This document shows positions 20,246 to 32,190 of a stretch of DNA of 64,000 bases, piece by piece. The number at the start of each line of letters is the position of its first letter. Positions within the stretch are counted from its first letter, which is position 1. A program made the translations under genes and the position numbers. Origin of the DNA: Oopsacas minuta (lineage: Eukaryota > Animalia > Porifera); contig JAKMXF010000308.1 of NCBI GenBank assembly GCA_024704765.1, positions 62,001 through 126,000 of the forward strand, written 5' to 3'. A model generated the notes under the pieces. It was not told the origin of the DNA. It worked only from the letters and a program-made list of their open reading frames with translations, and ran no database searches.

Positions 20246-21484
20246 TCTGAGAATTACCTAAGCTATCCAAGTATGGAATTATGAATTATAAATTGAAATT
20301 TGATCACAGATGAATAATCAACTTAATAAAACATGACTATATTGTTTTTGTAAGATGAAAATCATTACAAATAACTGCAATCTTTCTCAGAAAAGTACAT
20401 TAACTTTCTAGATGGCAAATCGAAAGTAACACACATAAAATATAGTAAAGATACAAGCCAAAATAACATTATTCAATAAGTCATACCAAATTATGATAAG
20501 TAATTACTATCAGTTTCACTAAGAAATAACCATTAATCATGGAATGTAATTCCATTGAATTATTATAGCATCATAAAGTAATGCGACATCAGTAACATTC
20601 TCATAACTAAATCTGAAAAATATGTTTTTTCAATGGTCAGGAAAATTGGTAACGAGTTGATTGTAATTATTCCTAACTATACACGTGTAATTCGTTTCGA
20701 TCTAGTATATCTGATTTGTTGTAATTGGTTAGGATTAAAATTGTATCAATTTGTCTTTTTAATATTGAATAATACAAGAGGGTCATTATTCTCATAAGCA
20801 AAACTTACAAAATTGAGTAGCAATCCAATGCTTTCCTGGGATTCTACCTTATGTGAATATAACTCAACAAAAATGCTTATACATTTTTTGGAAATTATGC
20901 AAATTTATGCAATATTCCTCTCAAATACTTTATTGATAACTTTAAAGTTAATCTGGGATATAAAACTAAAATGTTTCCTCCAGCAGTTAATTCAATTGCA
21001 ATTCCAACAAAATTATTGTAAGTAATAATTTCTACATTGATTATTGAATTTACATTTACAAGGAAAAAGTACGGATAGATAAACTGAAGTATTTGGGGAT
21101 CATTATGAGGCAATGGGGATAATAAAATAAGAAATAGGTACGAATCTATCGAATTAGACCATTTAACCTAGAAATAAATTATACGAATTAATAATTTGAT
21201 AATAATAATCCTTCAGTGGAACCTCCGAAACACGGAAATAGTGTAGGAATAGGGAGTACAGGCGATTCAGTTAACCAGAGCACCAATGTCCACGGCTCTC
21301 ATGGGTTCCAAATTCACCATACATAATTCGTTATGGTAACAAATAAGTTAGTTGTAATAATTATTGTACTATCGTATTTGTTGTACCATAACCTGGATAT
21401 ACATAACTATCCAATTAAACATGTCTTTTGCTCAACAGTGCTGTCAGAATCCGGCAATGTCACTTCTGACAGGCCGCCATAGGC

Positions 21485-21799
21485 CAGAGTTGGAATGGAA
21501 TCGGGTTCGGATTGGTTAATCGACTAAAACTCATAACTGTCGACGCAATAGGTAATCAAATCTATGGCATAGACACAGAGCTCCAAAGTATACTTAGTTG
21601 TTGCACCAAAGGACGGATTCAATTTAGAATTAATTCCTTCAATTCCCATTCCGAAGTCAAATTTTCGGACTTAATTCTCATGCTCAGCCCTTTTATTCCA
21701 CGAATCAAGGGCTTAATTCCCATTCCCATTCTGAATGGGAATGGGAATGGAGTTTGAAACATAAATCCCAATTCCATTCATGAATTGAACCCATTACTG
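21485..21799. mobile_element. MITE-like element rich in GGAAT/ATTCC subterminal repeats
   Basis: Starts CAGAGTTGGAATGGAAT, resembling the terminus of the 43861-44145 element. No TSD recovered. Confidence 0.4.
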
Positions 21800-22649
21800 G
21801 TTGTACCACCCTAAAATTTGCTCGACGCTAATAATGTTAGACTATAATCCGTACTAACATTACTAGACACATCTGGAACAGGATCGCATCTTGGGGGTAT
21901 AATTCTCTTGAAATTTGTGTATGTAATATTCGAATGTTCCTGATACTGTGTAATTAGTCACGGAGATATAAATATAATATTTAATCTGATAATAATTTGA
22001 TACTGAATTACTAATATTGTCGAAATATAGATTCAATTATGATCTTCCCACATATTAATGAAAAAATTGATAAAGTACATATAAACGATGAAATAAAGTT
22101 TGTTTTGATAGAATTAATACAATGATATAATAAGCAAATTGTGTTCGATAAGGATTACATAAAGATGTAAATTTGTCTAGAAGTAATTCATAATATCCTC
22201 TCTTGTCTACAATTACATGTTGTTACAAAATGTGGGATCTGAAAGCAATGGAAACTTACGTATTCGTTTGGTAATTAAAATAATAAATAAATAAAAATGA
22301 CTAAGACAAGGAATTAGAATTAGGGAATCATAATTATCAGTACAATACTAATCAATGATAATATAATTTGAATAGAAGAAAGAAAGATAGAAAACTTGGA
22401 TTTGTAGCCGTTAAGCTAAATTGCCCTCACAAAAATGAAAGTCTGGGACAATTCTTCCTCCGGACATTAAGTTACTCTAGGTAGTGTTTATCAAATGCTG
22501 CATCATAACACAAGACTGGTTCTATTATTCTCATGGCTCTCATTTGGATGGATCTGATCAGCAAAACTAGGCTGCTAATCTATAGGTTACAACAACGCCG
22601 GGTGCAAACACGGCCTTGTAAACTAATTTCAACATACAGATATAAGATA

Positions 22650-23223
22650 CCGGGTGGGCCCAAAAAAAACGGGCCCTGTACATTTCAGGCCAACTTGAAA
22701 CTATTAGTCAAACAAAGCAATAATAATCTATTTATTCTATTTAAAGATATGTTAGATAATACAAAGACGCAGTAATAGGGTATTCAGTAGAAGTCTTAGC
22801 GAGTTTAGAGAATTTTTCAAACGCGGTCCTTCAAGGAAATAACAGAAAACTTTGCATATATTCGATGTCAAAAATGCGCCCTGGAAATCGAGAATTCAGG
22901 GTTGGATTAAGAAATTTCAAACTGAGAAATTGTTAGAAACTAAATAGTAAGTCCAAAGACCGTGCAAGCCATTCCTGGAGAAATGGTTCTGAAGACTGTA
23001 ATGGGAATTTTGCTCTAAAAATCCAAAATGGAAAGATTTTATCGTGTTCATCTCGAACATAATAAGCTCTAATACTCTTATACTTTCTACCTACGATAAT
23101 AATAGCTTGTATTCATCTTGTATGCAATTTCAGCTCTACTACTATAAAGTTTTGTTAATCTCTCCTAAATATTATGCACATTCGAAGCTAATTGTTCAGG
23201 CCCGTTTTTTTTGGCTCACCCTG
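22650..23223 (+). mobile_element. Decayed Tc1/mariner-type element
   Basis: TIRs C(C/A)GGGTG.GCC.AAAAAAACGGGCC at both ends and TA on the left flank. Internal remnant resembling a transposase N-terminus (IQGWIKKFQTEKLLE). Confidence 0.6.
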
Positions 23224-25080
23224 GAAATTAATATAATAGAAAATAGCAGGCTCATAGGGAGATAATTATAAAAATGAATTATAATCAAAGGGGAAAATCT
23301 GGAAAATTCAAGTTCAAATACTGACCAAATGCACGCCAGCTGTGACAAATTAATAAGTTGGTTAGTGGGTTTAAAATGAGTAAGAGCATGATTACATTTT
23401 CAGCGGAAGAATTAGAGGTTATGAAATATAAATTTAAAATACTCTATTATTGGGTATTGTGAATTTAATAGCACTACAAGTACAAAATTTGACTAGATTG
23501 AAACCAAAATACATTACTAATCACAAAAAACAAAAAAATCTTGATATACCTTGGGGGTAACTTTTTGCATATTCTGCTAATTTGTTTGTTACTCTTATGT
23601 ATTATATTACCTATAATATTTCTATAAAAAATTCTAATTTGGACGAAAAATCATAATACTCGAGACACGAAGTGGCCAGATTACTAACTTAAAGCTACTT
23701 AGCAGCTCCGGTGTTACCACAGAAGGCCAATAAATGGGATATAGACTGCTATGGATAATAATAAATTAAAATTTCCGCAAAAAAATAACCGCTAGGCACG
23801 TAGTGCCGAGTATATTCGGTCGAGTAGCGACCAAATGCACTAAGAAATTAGCAGTTTAATGCTCAAGCTAGTCTGAGGCGCTAAGCTGTCGCGCAGCGAC
23901 CTAGCAAGCAAAGCGGATAATTATATTAATTATTGTTTCCCAAAGTATACGTCTTATCCGAGTTTTACTGTATACGTATTCAATATCTTTTCATCTTAAG
24001 GTCATGGCCATAGCAGTTATACGTACCACTTGTTACAGCTGGCCGGCTTGGCCTAATTGAAATGAAACAGGAAACATGAGTTGACATGAAACGGTTTAAG
24101 GTAAGATAATGCAAACCCATAATACTCTTATATGATATGTAAATATTTTGATCACTGTAACATAATAAAACAGACAATTATGCTTTTGTTACTTTCATAT
24201 CATGTAAATTCAGATGAAAAGAGAGAGTTGCAATTAATGAGAAAAAGGAAGCTCCATGTAAAGAGCTATAACTTTCTTTATGATTAACATATTTCGAATA
24301 GTGAAAGATATTTTTCAAATAATGTTTAAAACCATAATAAAAATGAAAGCATTTGAGAAGAATGTATTATATATTAATTCATAAAATAATTCAACCAATA
24401 TTCCTGACATGTGCACATCTACCTCTGGCAGCCAATTTAATGTCAATCTGACTTATAATGTTAAAGAATCGCGATATCGACACTAGTTCATGGAATTAGG
24501 GAATCGAGCTGCACTATTATACGAATTCGAACTGTGCAGAGCTGACAAGCAATATTATGGAATTAGAGAAATTGAGAGAGCATGATACAAGAGATCGGGT
24601 ATTTGATTACATAAATTTGACTATAATATCTATACATAAATAAGAAATCACATATTTGGAACAATAAGAATTTTGGCGAAGGCTGAAATGATTGCCACTT
24701 TATTGGAATTCAATCAGAATAATAGCGACCAAAAAATCTTTTAGAGCGGCATTAGCCGCAAGTGTCGTACGGGCCCATACCCTGCCGAGGGGTATGCTAC
24801 GAAGAATGTAAATGAGCGACGAACCAAGTGGATGATTCAACACGGAATTTGTTATTTTCCCATGGTATTTTGGGATAATCCAAAAACTCAATCAACATAT
24901 AAATAGAGACTACTAAATAACTGAAACGATTTTGAATCTCTTTTCTAAATAATTGAATTCCAAATTAAGTTGAAACAGGCTCTGGTTAAAATAAATTATT
25001 GAGAGGGAATCAAATTAATTTACCATGGATATGTCAATTAACAAAAGAATATTTGAATTATAGGAATTATCAAAGTTGTG

Positions 25081-28000
25081 TCAAGATAGACTAGTCCGAA
25101 TTGAATCTAGTTTGGAGAGCGTTTCACTAAGAGAGCTAACATCTGAATCAGGAATTCTGTAACGAAGAGCATTAACATTCTTCTCAATAGAAGAGAATTG
25201 GTTGAGAAGATTATTTTGAATTCTCTCAATATCTTCAAATAATCGCATCTTACAACCCCAATCAGAATCGTTAATAGCAATCATGAGAGAAGTTAAATTA
25301 GGATCAATATTCTCTCCTTTAATACTATTGTCCTCTTTTCCTAATAATTCTGTTTTATCAGTTGTTTGTGTAGGATTTGTATCTTTAATGGCAATTTCAT
25401 CATTATCGTCTTGTGTTCTCTCCTCATGGTTATCAGTAGAACTAATACACTTAGCAGTAGTATCAGATTGTGAATTAGAATCTTGATTAGAAGTTATATA
25501 AGAAAGAGAAGCAACCTTCTCCTCAATCTGAGTAGGAGAAAGAAGATTACAATTAGCACTCATGAATTCCTTCAGGTAAGGATGGTTACTTGTTCTTGCT
25601 ATTTGTATTTTGAGGTTAACTGAAGGTAACATGTTCTCAAGAGAAGCAAGTTGATTTTTGAGAGAACTGAGTTGAGCTCCCGTCTCTACAATATCTGTAT
25701 CAGTTGGAAACATAAGCTTACCACTATGGTACCATGGATTAGAATGCTTATATTGTTCCCTTTTGATACAAGCTGGTGGATCAGAGCATTCAGAACAGAT
25801 GTGTTGATCAGGAAGATCCCTTTCACTTAACCCCATACAAGAAGTATGTTGCCATGTCATACATTGTTCACACTGTACCATTACACCTTCATCTTTATCC
25901 TGATCGCAAACACATCTTATCATCTCCCCGGTGTTAACAGAAATGACAGAAGCTCCGATAGAATCATCATCGTCTATATCACTCCCACTGGAGTAATACT
26001 TTTCTTTATCAATTCTATCTTCAGAATTTAATTCAGCTGTATTATCTGCCGCATTTACTTGTTTAATCTCAGAAGTCTCATTGATAACTCTGGTCTCCAT
26101 CATGTCAATAATATCCATATTAGATTCTGTCACAAGATCTGTCTGCATTTCTTCTACTACCTCTGTTAGTATGGTAGGATATGTTTCCTTATCATCAGCT
26201 GAGATAGATATGACGTCTGAGATAGATATGACGTCAGAATGAGGAATATTAGTGTCCTCCTGATCTCTATTCTTGTTTCCAACCTCTAACGGAGTCTGTT
26301 CAGATTTGTCACTATTTCCTTCAGTACCCGACGGAATTACAATTTGCTGTTTAGGAGGTTTCATTCTGAGAGTAGCCTTCTCTTTGAGCTCCTGTTGTAA
26401 CTTAGGATTACTCATCTGAGTACGGACATCCTTTTTCAAGTTATCATGTTTGTCTTGCCTGTCTTTAAGCTTTGTATTCTTACGAACTGTTTTATAGTTA
26501 GTAACAAAATCCCAATTCTTCTTGATACTGATGCGTTTGGATTGTCTGGAAGGGACTGTAGCTTGAAGGGGCTGTTTAGTCGGAGGAGGTGGTGTCTGAG
26601 TGGGTGCAGAGGGCTGAGATTCTTCTATAGGGTCAGAAGGGATTAAAATTGTTACGGTAGGAGTGGTGGGTTCTAGGAAAGAAGACTTTCTGGGTTGAGA
26701 AGATTTCCTCTTAGAGCGATGAGAAGATGCAGGATTTTTGAATAAAAGCTCTGTGTGAGTGATTGAGTGATCACTGCTGGTAGGAAACTCAGGCTGTTCA
26801 GTAATTATATCAGGTTCTGGAGTAGTTAGAGGAGAACAGACAGGAGTCAGTGGTAATACATTTAGACAGGGTTTTTCTACAGGTTTAGATTTCTTGTGTA
26901 TAGTAGATGAACCATGAAATACTCGCATATGTTTCTTAAGACTTTCTCTCCGATGGAATTCTTTCTTACAACCAGCTCTCTGACAGACAAATAATTCACT
27001 TTCTAAAGTTGTTACCAATTCACGAGGCGCGACCTTCCTGTTGTGGTCTGGTAGACGTAACTTTCTGAGTTCTCGATTTTCCATTTCCTCTTCACTGAGA
27101 GAATTCTTCCTCACTTGTGAAGTGGATGCTTCAGTGATGCCACTTCTCTGTGGATCAGCTGGTTGTGTATCTATAAATAGAGCTTTGTCACTCTCTGAGT
27201 CAGATATGACGTCATTAACCTGCTCCATTGGCTGTGGAGTGATGTCACGACTAGTTTGCACAGGCTGTGTATTAGCAGACTGGTAGAGCTGTGGAGCTGG
27301 GTTATGTAATAGAGAGAGTTGTGTCATCTGATCAAGGTAGCAGGTAGAAGCAGTTTCTTGAGTATGTACATTGATCGTTGAATAAGCAGTGTCTTGAGAT
27401 AGCTGTATATTGGAGGGATGAGATATTGATGGGAGCTGCTGCAGATTAGTAGAGAGAGCCATAGAATGAGGAGCATGTAAGCTAGAAGAGGGATATTGCT
27501 GTATAACCGGGGCGTACGGTGTCTGATAAGGATACGAATAAGGCTGCTGTACTGTGAGATAGGATTGCTCAACTGGAATAGTAGTCGGGTTATTGGGAGG
27601 ATTAACCTGTATAGGAACCAGCTGGTAGTAGAGAGGCTGGGTAGTTACGTCACTAGGAGGTGCAGAAGGTGCAGGAGGTTGAGGAGGAGGAGGAGGAGGA
27701 TGCGGTTGGTAGGAAGGTGTGAGGGTTAGGACTCTACCGTCAGCTGTTACTACGGTCTCTGTGTATGGAATAGGAGGTGTGTAGTTGGAGAGGAGAGTGG
27801 GAGAAGATTGATCTAGAGGGGGCAGCTGGACTTGAGTCGGGAGCTGTGAGTCAGGTACCTCTGGATTGACAGAGATAGGAGCAGGAGAAGGGGTGTGTCT
27901 ATCTATATCTGTATGAGTCTGTATTTCAGCATTAGATTCTTGTGCAATCTCTGTCTGTATAGATGATATAGGAGCTGATGACAGTATGGGAGGATCTCTC

Positions 28001-28908
28001 CTCTTTCTCAGAGATATATCCTTCATCCCGCTTAGAGGGGTAGAGGGAGCTGTTGAGATGACGTCACTATCAGGCTCTGCTAGATACTCTAGATCTGGTC
28101 CCAGTACAGAAGAGAAAGATTTGACAGAGTATGTCTTTCCCGAGAAGAGAGTGAGATTGGGAGTATCTTCATTTCTCTGACTAGAATTCAGATACAAACC
28201 TGAGAGAGGAATATTCACAGATAAACTCATCTCCTCCTCCAGCTCAATTAGGTCTGTTACCATTACATTACTGCTAAATGTGTCCAATGGCATTATAGTA
28301 GTAGTAGTAGTAGTAGTAGTAGTATCGTTATTGAGCTTAGAACGTCTATGTAACCGCAACTCGCGGCTTTTGGCACGCTCAATATTCTCTTGTTGTTTGA
28401 GTAGTCTAGCTGACTCTGTGAATTCATCTATCTTGTCAGCATTTCGTATTCTACCAACTTCTACTGTATGTAATACTCCGTCTTCAAATCTTACTTCATA
28501 CTTGTCTCCAGGTCTAGTTCTAACCACATGACACATATAGAACTTATTATCTATCCATTTAGCTAGGACATTATCTCCAGGTTTGAAAGCTGTTACTTTC
28601 TTACGAGTGGGATCAGAGTGTGGAGGGAGAGGTCTAACCTTTTTACTCGTGTACTTGTACCACTCATCAAATCTGGTGTTCCATCCGTCAAAATGTACTA
28701 AGAATGTTTGATCACTTTCATCGACGAATACTATCTTACCGAAATACCATTTTCCATCGAAAGAGGCTGCTTCCAATGAGTACCCAATTCTAACATCTGA
28801 TAGGTCTATACCAGCACCCTCTATAAAGTTGTCAGGTGTGTTAGGGGAGCCTATCTTTGGTCCTGTAACTTCTGTCTCATTTATCTCGGGTTTATCTATC
28901 TGCTCCAT
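25081..28908 (-). CDS. PHF20: PHD finger protein 20 (PHF20/PHF20L1)-like chromatin reader
   Basis: Two Tudor domains (FLVHFDGWNTRFDEW; VLAKWIDNKFY...YEVRFEDG), a C2H2 finger (CQRAGCKKEFHRRESLKKHMRVFH) and a PHD finger (IRCVCDQDKDEGVMVQCEQCMTWQHTSCMG...CSEC). First ATG is at 28908. Confidence 0.9.
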   Translation of the reverse strand: MEQIDKPEINETEVTGPKIGSPNTPDNFIEGAGIDLSDVRIGYSLEAASFDGKWYFGKIVFVDESDQTFLVHFDGWNTRFDEWYKYTSKKVRPLPPHSDPTRKKVTAFKPGDNVLAKWIDNKFYMCHVVRTRPGDKYEVRFEDGVLHTVEVGRIRNADKIDEFTESARLLKQQENIERAKSRELRLHRRSKLNNDTTTTTTTTTIMPLDTFSSNVMVTDLIELEEEMSLSVNIPLSGLYLNSSQRNEDTPNLTLFSGKTYSVKSFSSVLGPDLEYLAEPDSDVISTAPSTPLSGMKDISLRKRRDPPILSSAPISSIQTEIAQESNAEIQTHTDIDRHTPSPAPISVNPEVPDSQLPTQVQLPPLDQSSPTLLSNYTPPIPYTETVVTADGRVLTLTPSYQPHPPPPPPQPPAPSAPPSDVTTQPLYYQLVPIQVNPPNNPTTIPVEQSYLTVQQPYSYPYQTPYAPVIQQYPSSSLHAPHSMALSTNLQQLPSISHPSNIQLSQDTAYSTINVHTQETASTCYLDQMTQLSLLHNPAPQLYQSANTQPVQTSRDITPQPMEQVNDVISDSESDKALFIDTQPADPQRSGITEASTSQVRKNSLSEEEMENRELRKLRLPDHNRKVAPRELVTTLESELFVCQRAGCKKEFHRRESLKKHMRVFHGSSTIHKKSKPVEKPCLNVLPLTPVCSPLTTPEPDIITEQPEFPTSSDHSITHTELLFKNPASSHRSKRKSSQPRKSSFLEPTTPTVTILIPSDPIEESQPSAPTQTPPPPTKQPLQATVPSRQSKRISIKKNWDFVTNYKTVRKNTKLKDRQDKHDNLKKDVRTQMSNPKLQQELKEKATLRMKPPKQQIVIPSGTEGNSDKSEQTPLEVGNKNRDQEDTNIPHSDVISISDVISISADDKETYPTILTEVVEEMQTDLVTESNMDIIDMMETRVINETSEIKQVNAADNTAELNSEDRIDKEKYYSSGSDIDDDDSIGASVISVNTGEMIRCVCDQDKDEGVMVQCEQCMTWQHTSCMGLSERDLPDQHICSECSDPPACIKREQYKHSNPWYHSGKLMFPTDTDIVETGAQLSSLKNQLASLENMLPSVNLKIQIARTSNHPYLKEFMSANCNLLSPTQIEEKVASLSYITSNQDSNSQSDTTAKCISSTDNHEERTQDDNDEIAIKDTNPTQTTDKTELLGKEDNSIKGENIDPNLTSLMIAINDSDWGCKMRLFEDIERIQNNLLNQFSSIEKNVNALRYRIPDSDVSSLSETLSKLDSIRTSLS

Positions 28909-29439
28909 TTGTGGTATCAATCATCAGTTATCTAAATATATCTTGTTAGTTTGTAAATTATAGCAGGGAATTTTTAGCCATTTTTCATGGATAGCCGGAC
29001 AAAATCCATATTATTAGATAGACCTCCAAAATTTTATCAGAGGTTGGACGGATATAAACTCTCCAAAATGCAATAATCGGGGTTGGGCATTCAATTACAA
29101 AACGGGTTGAGATACCCCTTCATAGCAGGTATAGGTATTCCTTAATAAAAATTATTCATAAATTGGAAATAAATAAAATAAATTCAGGTGTGGATAATAA
29201 AATAGGAATGATATAAATATTCGTAGACAGTTATTCTGGGATTGACACACTACTATAATTCTATCTTTATTGTCTAATGTTAATCCTGTTGGTTGATCAG
29301 TAACTGTAATCTTGTGAATAGCATTCAAACTGAACAAGTAATAACCTCAGATAAGGGGAGACTTTCGACAAAATTTATTCCGAGAAAATCGCGTTCAAAT
29401 ATACTGAAATAAAAGTGTCTAAATTATATGAAAAGTGAA

Positions 29440-29830
29440 CTCATAGAAACTTTGAGTGCTGGTAGCCTCTGCCACCGTCTCGGCGAATCCCTAACGGGTT
29501 GCGGCCCAGGCGAGCATGATGGCAAATGCGCCACATACAAAATTGCGCCCATTCTGAATGCCGCATGCTCCCGGGCTGCCTCCTCTCTTCGAAGGGAGAG
29601 GACGGAGATAGCTCCATTGAGCATGCGTGCTCACTCTCCGCCCTGTCTACCAGCTTGCGCTGTTCATCGGTCTCTCCTAAGATATATTAGTAAAGATGCA
29701 ATCAGTATTCATATGATGTTCAAACTCACTCCTTTCTTGGCTTAGAGCGTTTGGAGGCGCACCCCTCGCTCTCTCGCCTCCATGACATATTCATATGTCG
29801 GGGGTGGGGGGCGTGGTGTTGGCATTTCTA
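29440..29830. other. GC-rich island with several predicted helices; PHF20 promoter/5' region or a structured ncRNA
   Basis: Sharp GC rise with several complementary segment pairs (see findings). Sp/KLF-like G-rich box GGGGGTGGGGGGCGTGG at about 29800. Confidence 0.4.
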
Positions 29831-30632
29831 ATTTAATCTAAACATAAAAATAAATAATAAAACTGTATTTCCTGAACCAATGGTATTTCAAATCATACAC
29901 AAACGGACTGATTGTTTATCGAAGAAAAATTCATAGAATCTTTGTAACACAGATTAAATAAGTGTATAAGTATAGTAAAGAAAATGGGGGGTAGAGTATG
30001 AGGAGAAAAAAGAATTGAGTCTTAGTGAAAGACAGGTGGCAAGTGATCAAAAGATTCAATATCAAGGTTTCAAAGTTATAAAGCGTTGAAATTTTAGGGA
30101 ACAAGGAAAAGAAATCGTTCCAAACATACATTGTATCTAGTGGAAAATCAAAAATTATGGGTGTTTTAAAAGATCCAGAAAAACTTTTTCAAGTCATTTT
30201 TTGGCTAAGTCATCCCGAAAACGTCACAAAAAGCTCTTTGAGGCTTACTAAGCAAATTTTTTGACAAATTATGAAAAATTATGCTTTTTAAACAATTTTT
30301 TTTCATATTTTTGGTACAAATACGGCCAAATTGGTCCCCGGTATAGAATACAGTATATTCTGCCATGCTCTGACATTCTTATATTTAACTTTGAAAATCC
30401 ACAACATATATTAATTTAGCAACAGAGTCTCAAACCCTTAACTTAGGAAATCGATCAACGAACAAAGAAATTCACCATGTAGCATGTGATTGTTCGCCCC
30501 ATTAATTATAGAAATTTGATATCTCTCTGTATAGGTCTTTGTGTTGAGTATTTTATAGCTAGAGCTCATCACTATAGTCATATAAATAAGTTATATTGTT
30601 TAAATTGTCACTCTAGTTACAGAACTGAACTA

Positions 30633-31478
30633 ATGGCTACAGCTAATCCTTTGGAGAGAATATTCTCTGTAGACTATAAGAGCAAGATACAACCTATAAT
30701 CAGTGTTTGTATATGGGGAAAGGGATTAGAAAATCTAAATAGACCAGAAGGAGTGACTATTGATGATACTACAGGAGATATATATGTTGCAGATTCGGGG
30801 AATAATAGTGTGAAAGTATTCGATGATAATGGAAAGATTATTTTCAAATTTGGAGATGAAGAAGGAGAAGGAAAGATGTATGGCCCAATTGGGTTAGCTA
30901 TTTATAGAGAGAGAATACTAATTTCACAAAGTAGCAACAGTATTCTGAATTATCAAGTTAATGGGAATTTTATTTCTAGAATAGGCAAACAAGGGGGAGG
31001 GGAATTGGAATTTGATCATCCTAGTGGTCTGACATTTGATGATTCTAACGGAGATATATACATATGTGATTCAAGTAATGTTCGTATTCAGATACTGTCC
31101 AAGGAACTTACCTACAAATCACATTTTGGCCAAGATACCCTCGAATACCCTGTTGATGTTAAGCTTTCAAAAGAATTCATTTATATTCTAGATCAATCTA
31201 ATCCATGTCTTCATCTGTACAACTACGATTTCATTCTACAGAAGAGTTTTATCTCAAGGGGATATGGATTACAGCTGAATTATCCATGGTTCTTCTATAT
31301 TGACACATCTAATAATATTGTTATTACAGATATAGGCTCCATCTCTATTTTCAATTCTCAATATGAATTGATACATGAGGTATCTCTATCTGATCCTTCC
31401 GGTGTTACACTAGATAATAGAGGAAGAGTTATTGTAGTCTGTGAGGCATTTGAAAAGCTTTGTCTCCATGTTTTATAA
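30633..31478 (+). CDS. NHL-repeat beta-propeller protein, type A, copy 1 (NHL-only)
   Basis: NHL repeats LNRPEGVTIDDTTGDIYVADSGNNSVKVFD and FDHPSGLTFDDSNGDIYICDSSNVRIQIL. ATG 30633 (MATANPL) is shared with the paralogs. Confidence 0.9.
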   Translation: MATANPLERIFSVDYKSKIQPIISVCIWGKGLENLNRPEGVTIDDTTGDIYVADSGNNSVKVFDDNGKIIFKFGDEEGEGKMYGPIGLAIYRERILISQSSNSILNYQVNGNFISRIGKQGGGELEFDHPSGLTFDDSNGDIYICDSSNVRIQILSKELTYKSHFGQDTLEYPVDVKLSKEFIYILDQSNPCLHLYNYDFILQKSFISRGYGLQLNYPWFFYIDTSNNIVITDIGSISIFNSQYELIHEVSLSDPSGVTLDNRGRVIVVCEAFEKLCLHVL

Positions 31479-31601
31479 TTACAGCAATTATATTATTCTA
31501 TTCTACTATTATTCATACTTTTATGTATATTTCCTTTAGATAACTCTTATGTTGCATTAAACAGCTCTTTTCATATTCAATTCTGTATCATTCCTTTTTC
31601 G

Positions 31602-31750
31602 TGCAGCTCCTATAGGGAGATGCCCTAATGACATGGACGATGTGAGACGTCCATCCGCAGAGCTCGAAAGTAACTAATTCTCAGATCTATCGTGATTAAT
31701 CATATTTTCACACCAATTAGAAATATATTCCGAATGATGATGGAGATTTC
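31602..31750 (-). repeat. Dispersed repeat family R1, reverse partial copy
   Basis: TGCAGCTCCTATAGGGAGATGCCCTAATGACATGGACG is the reverse complement of the R1 3' end. Confidence 0.7.
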
Positions 31751-31794
31751 ATATCGACTGTTAGTGTTGTGTAATTAAGTAGGTAGGTTCCAAG

Positions 31795-32190
31795 CAGAGC
31801 TGCAAATGGGTCATACAAAGTGACCCATGACCCACACGACCCATCGAAGAAGTAACCTATGACTCATACGATCCATGGGTCATGACCCATTGACTATCTC
31901 GTGACCTATCTTGACCCATTAACTTTGAAACATAACACAGTTTAATACTAAGAGATTCATGTTCCTTAGATTAGAATAACTATAAGTGTGTTGAAAATCA
32001 ATTGCAATTCAATTTTCAGCATTAATAAATTCTTGACAATAATATTACCGTGACAAAATATAATTGTTGATAATACTAGTACCTTTTAAACATTAATGTG
32101 TACCAAATCGCATATAACTTCGTTGTATTTTTCCAAATACACTAAATGCATATAAGTACTGGTGGGTCATGACCCATCTACCCATCTGAT
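31795..32190 (-). mobile_element. Truncated second copy of the hAT family at 6978
   Basis: Begins CAGAGCTGCAAATGGGTCA with TGACCCA repeats matching the reverse complement of the 7480-7565 end. The second TIR was not found. Confidence 0.75.

Noticed and set aside
28296-28323. (TAG)n microsatellite and the 18-nt duplication at about 26199-26237
   Set aside because: In-frame low-complexity features of PHF20 (poly-Thr; SDVISI x2) that are ordinary for disordered linkers.
25283-28531. Several short + strand ORFs inside PHF20
   Set aside because: Antisense shadows of a long low-complexity coding region.
29440-29720. RNase P RNA (AGAAACTTTGAG / TTCAAACT as P4) or hammerhead ribozyme (CCGATGA...GCAA hairpin on the minus strand)
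   Set aside because: P4 pairing is imperfect with no room for P1-P3 upstream, and the hammerhead core lacks CUGAUGA and GAAA.
29424-29745. ORFs 29428-29745(+) and 29424-29624(-)
   Set aside because: Open frames are expected in a GC-rich patch; no recognisable domain.
30486-30632. N-terminal extensions of the NHL type A ORFs from GTG/TTG starts (also 38180-38212)
   Set aside because: The starts are non-ATG, and the paralogous upstream sequence has indels and stops in copy 3. The shared ATG (MATANP/MATTNP) is the likelier start.
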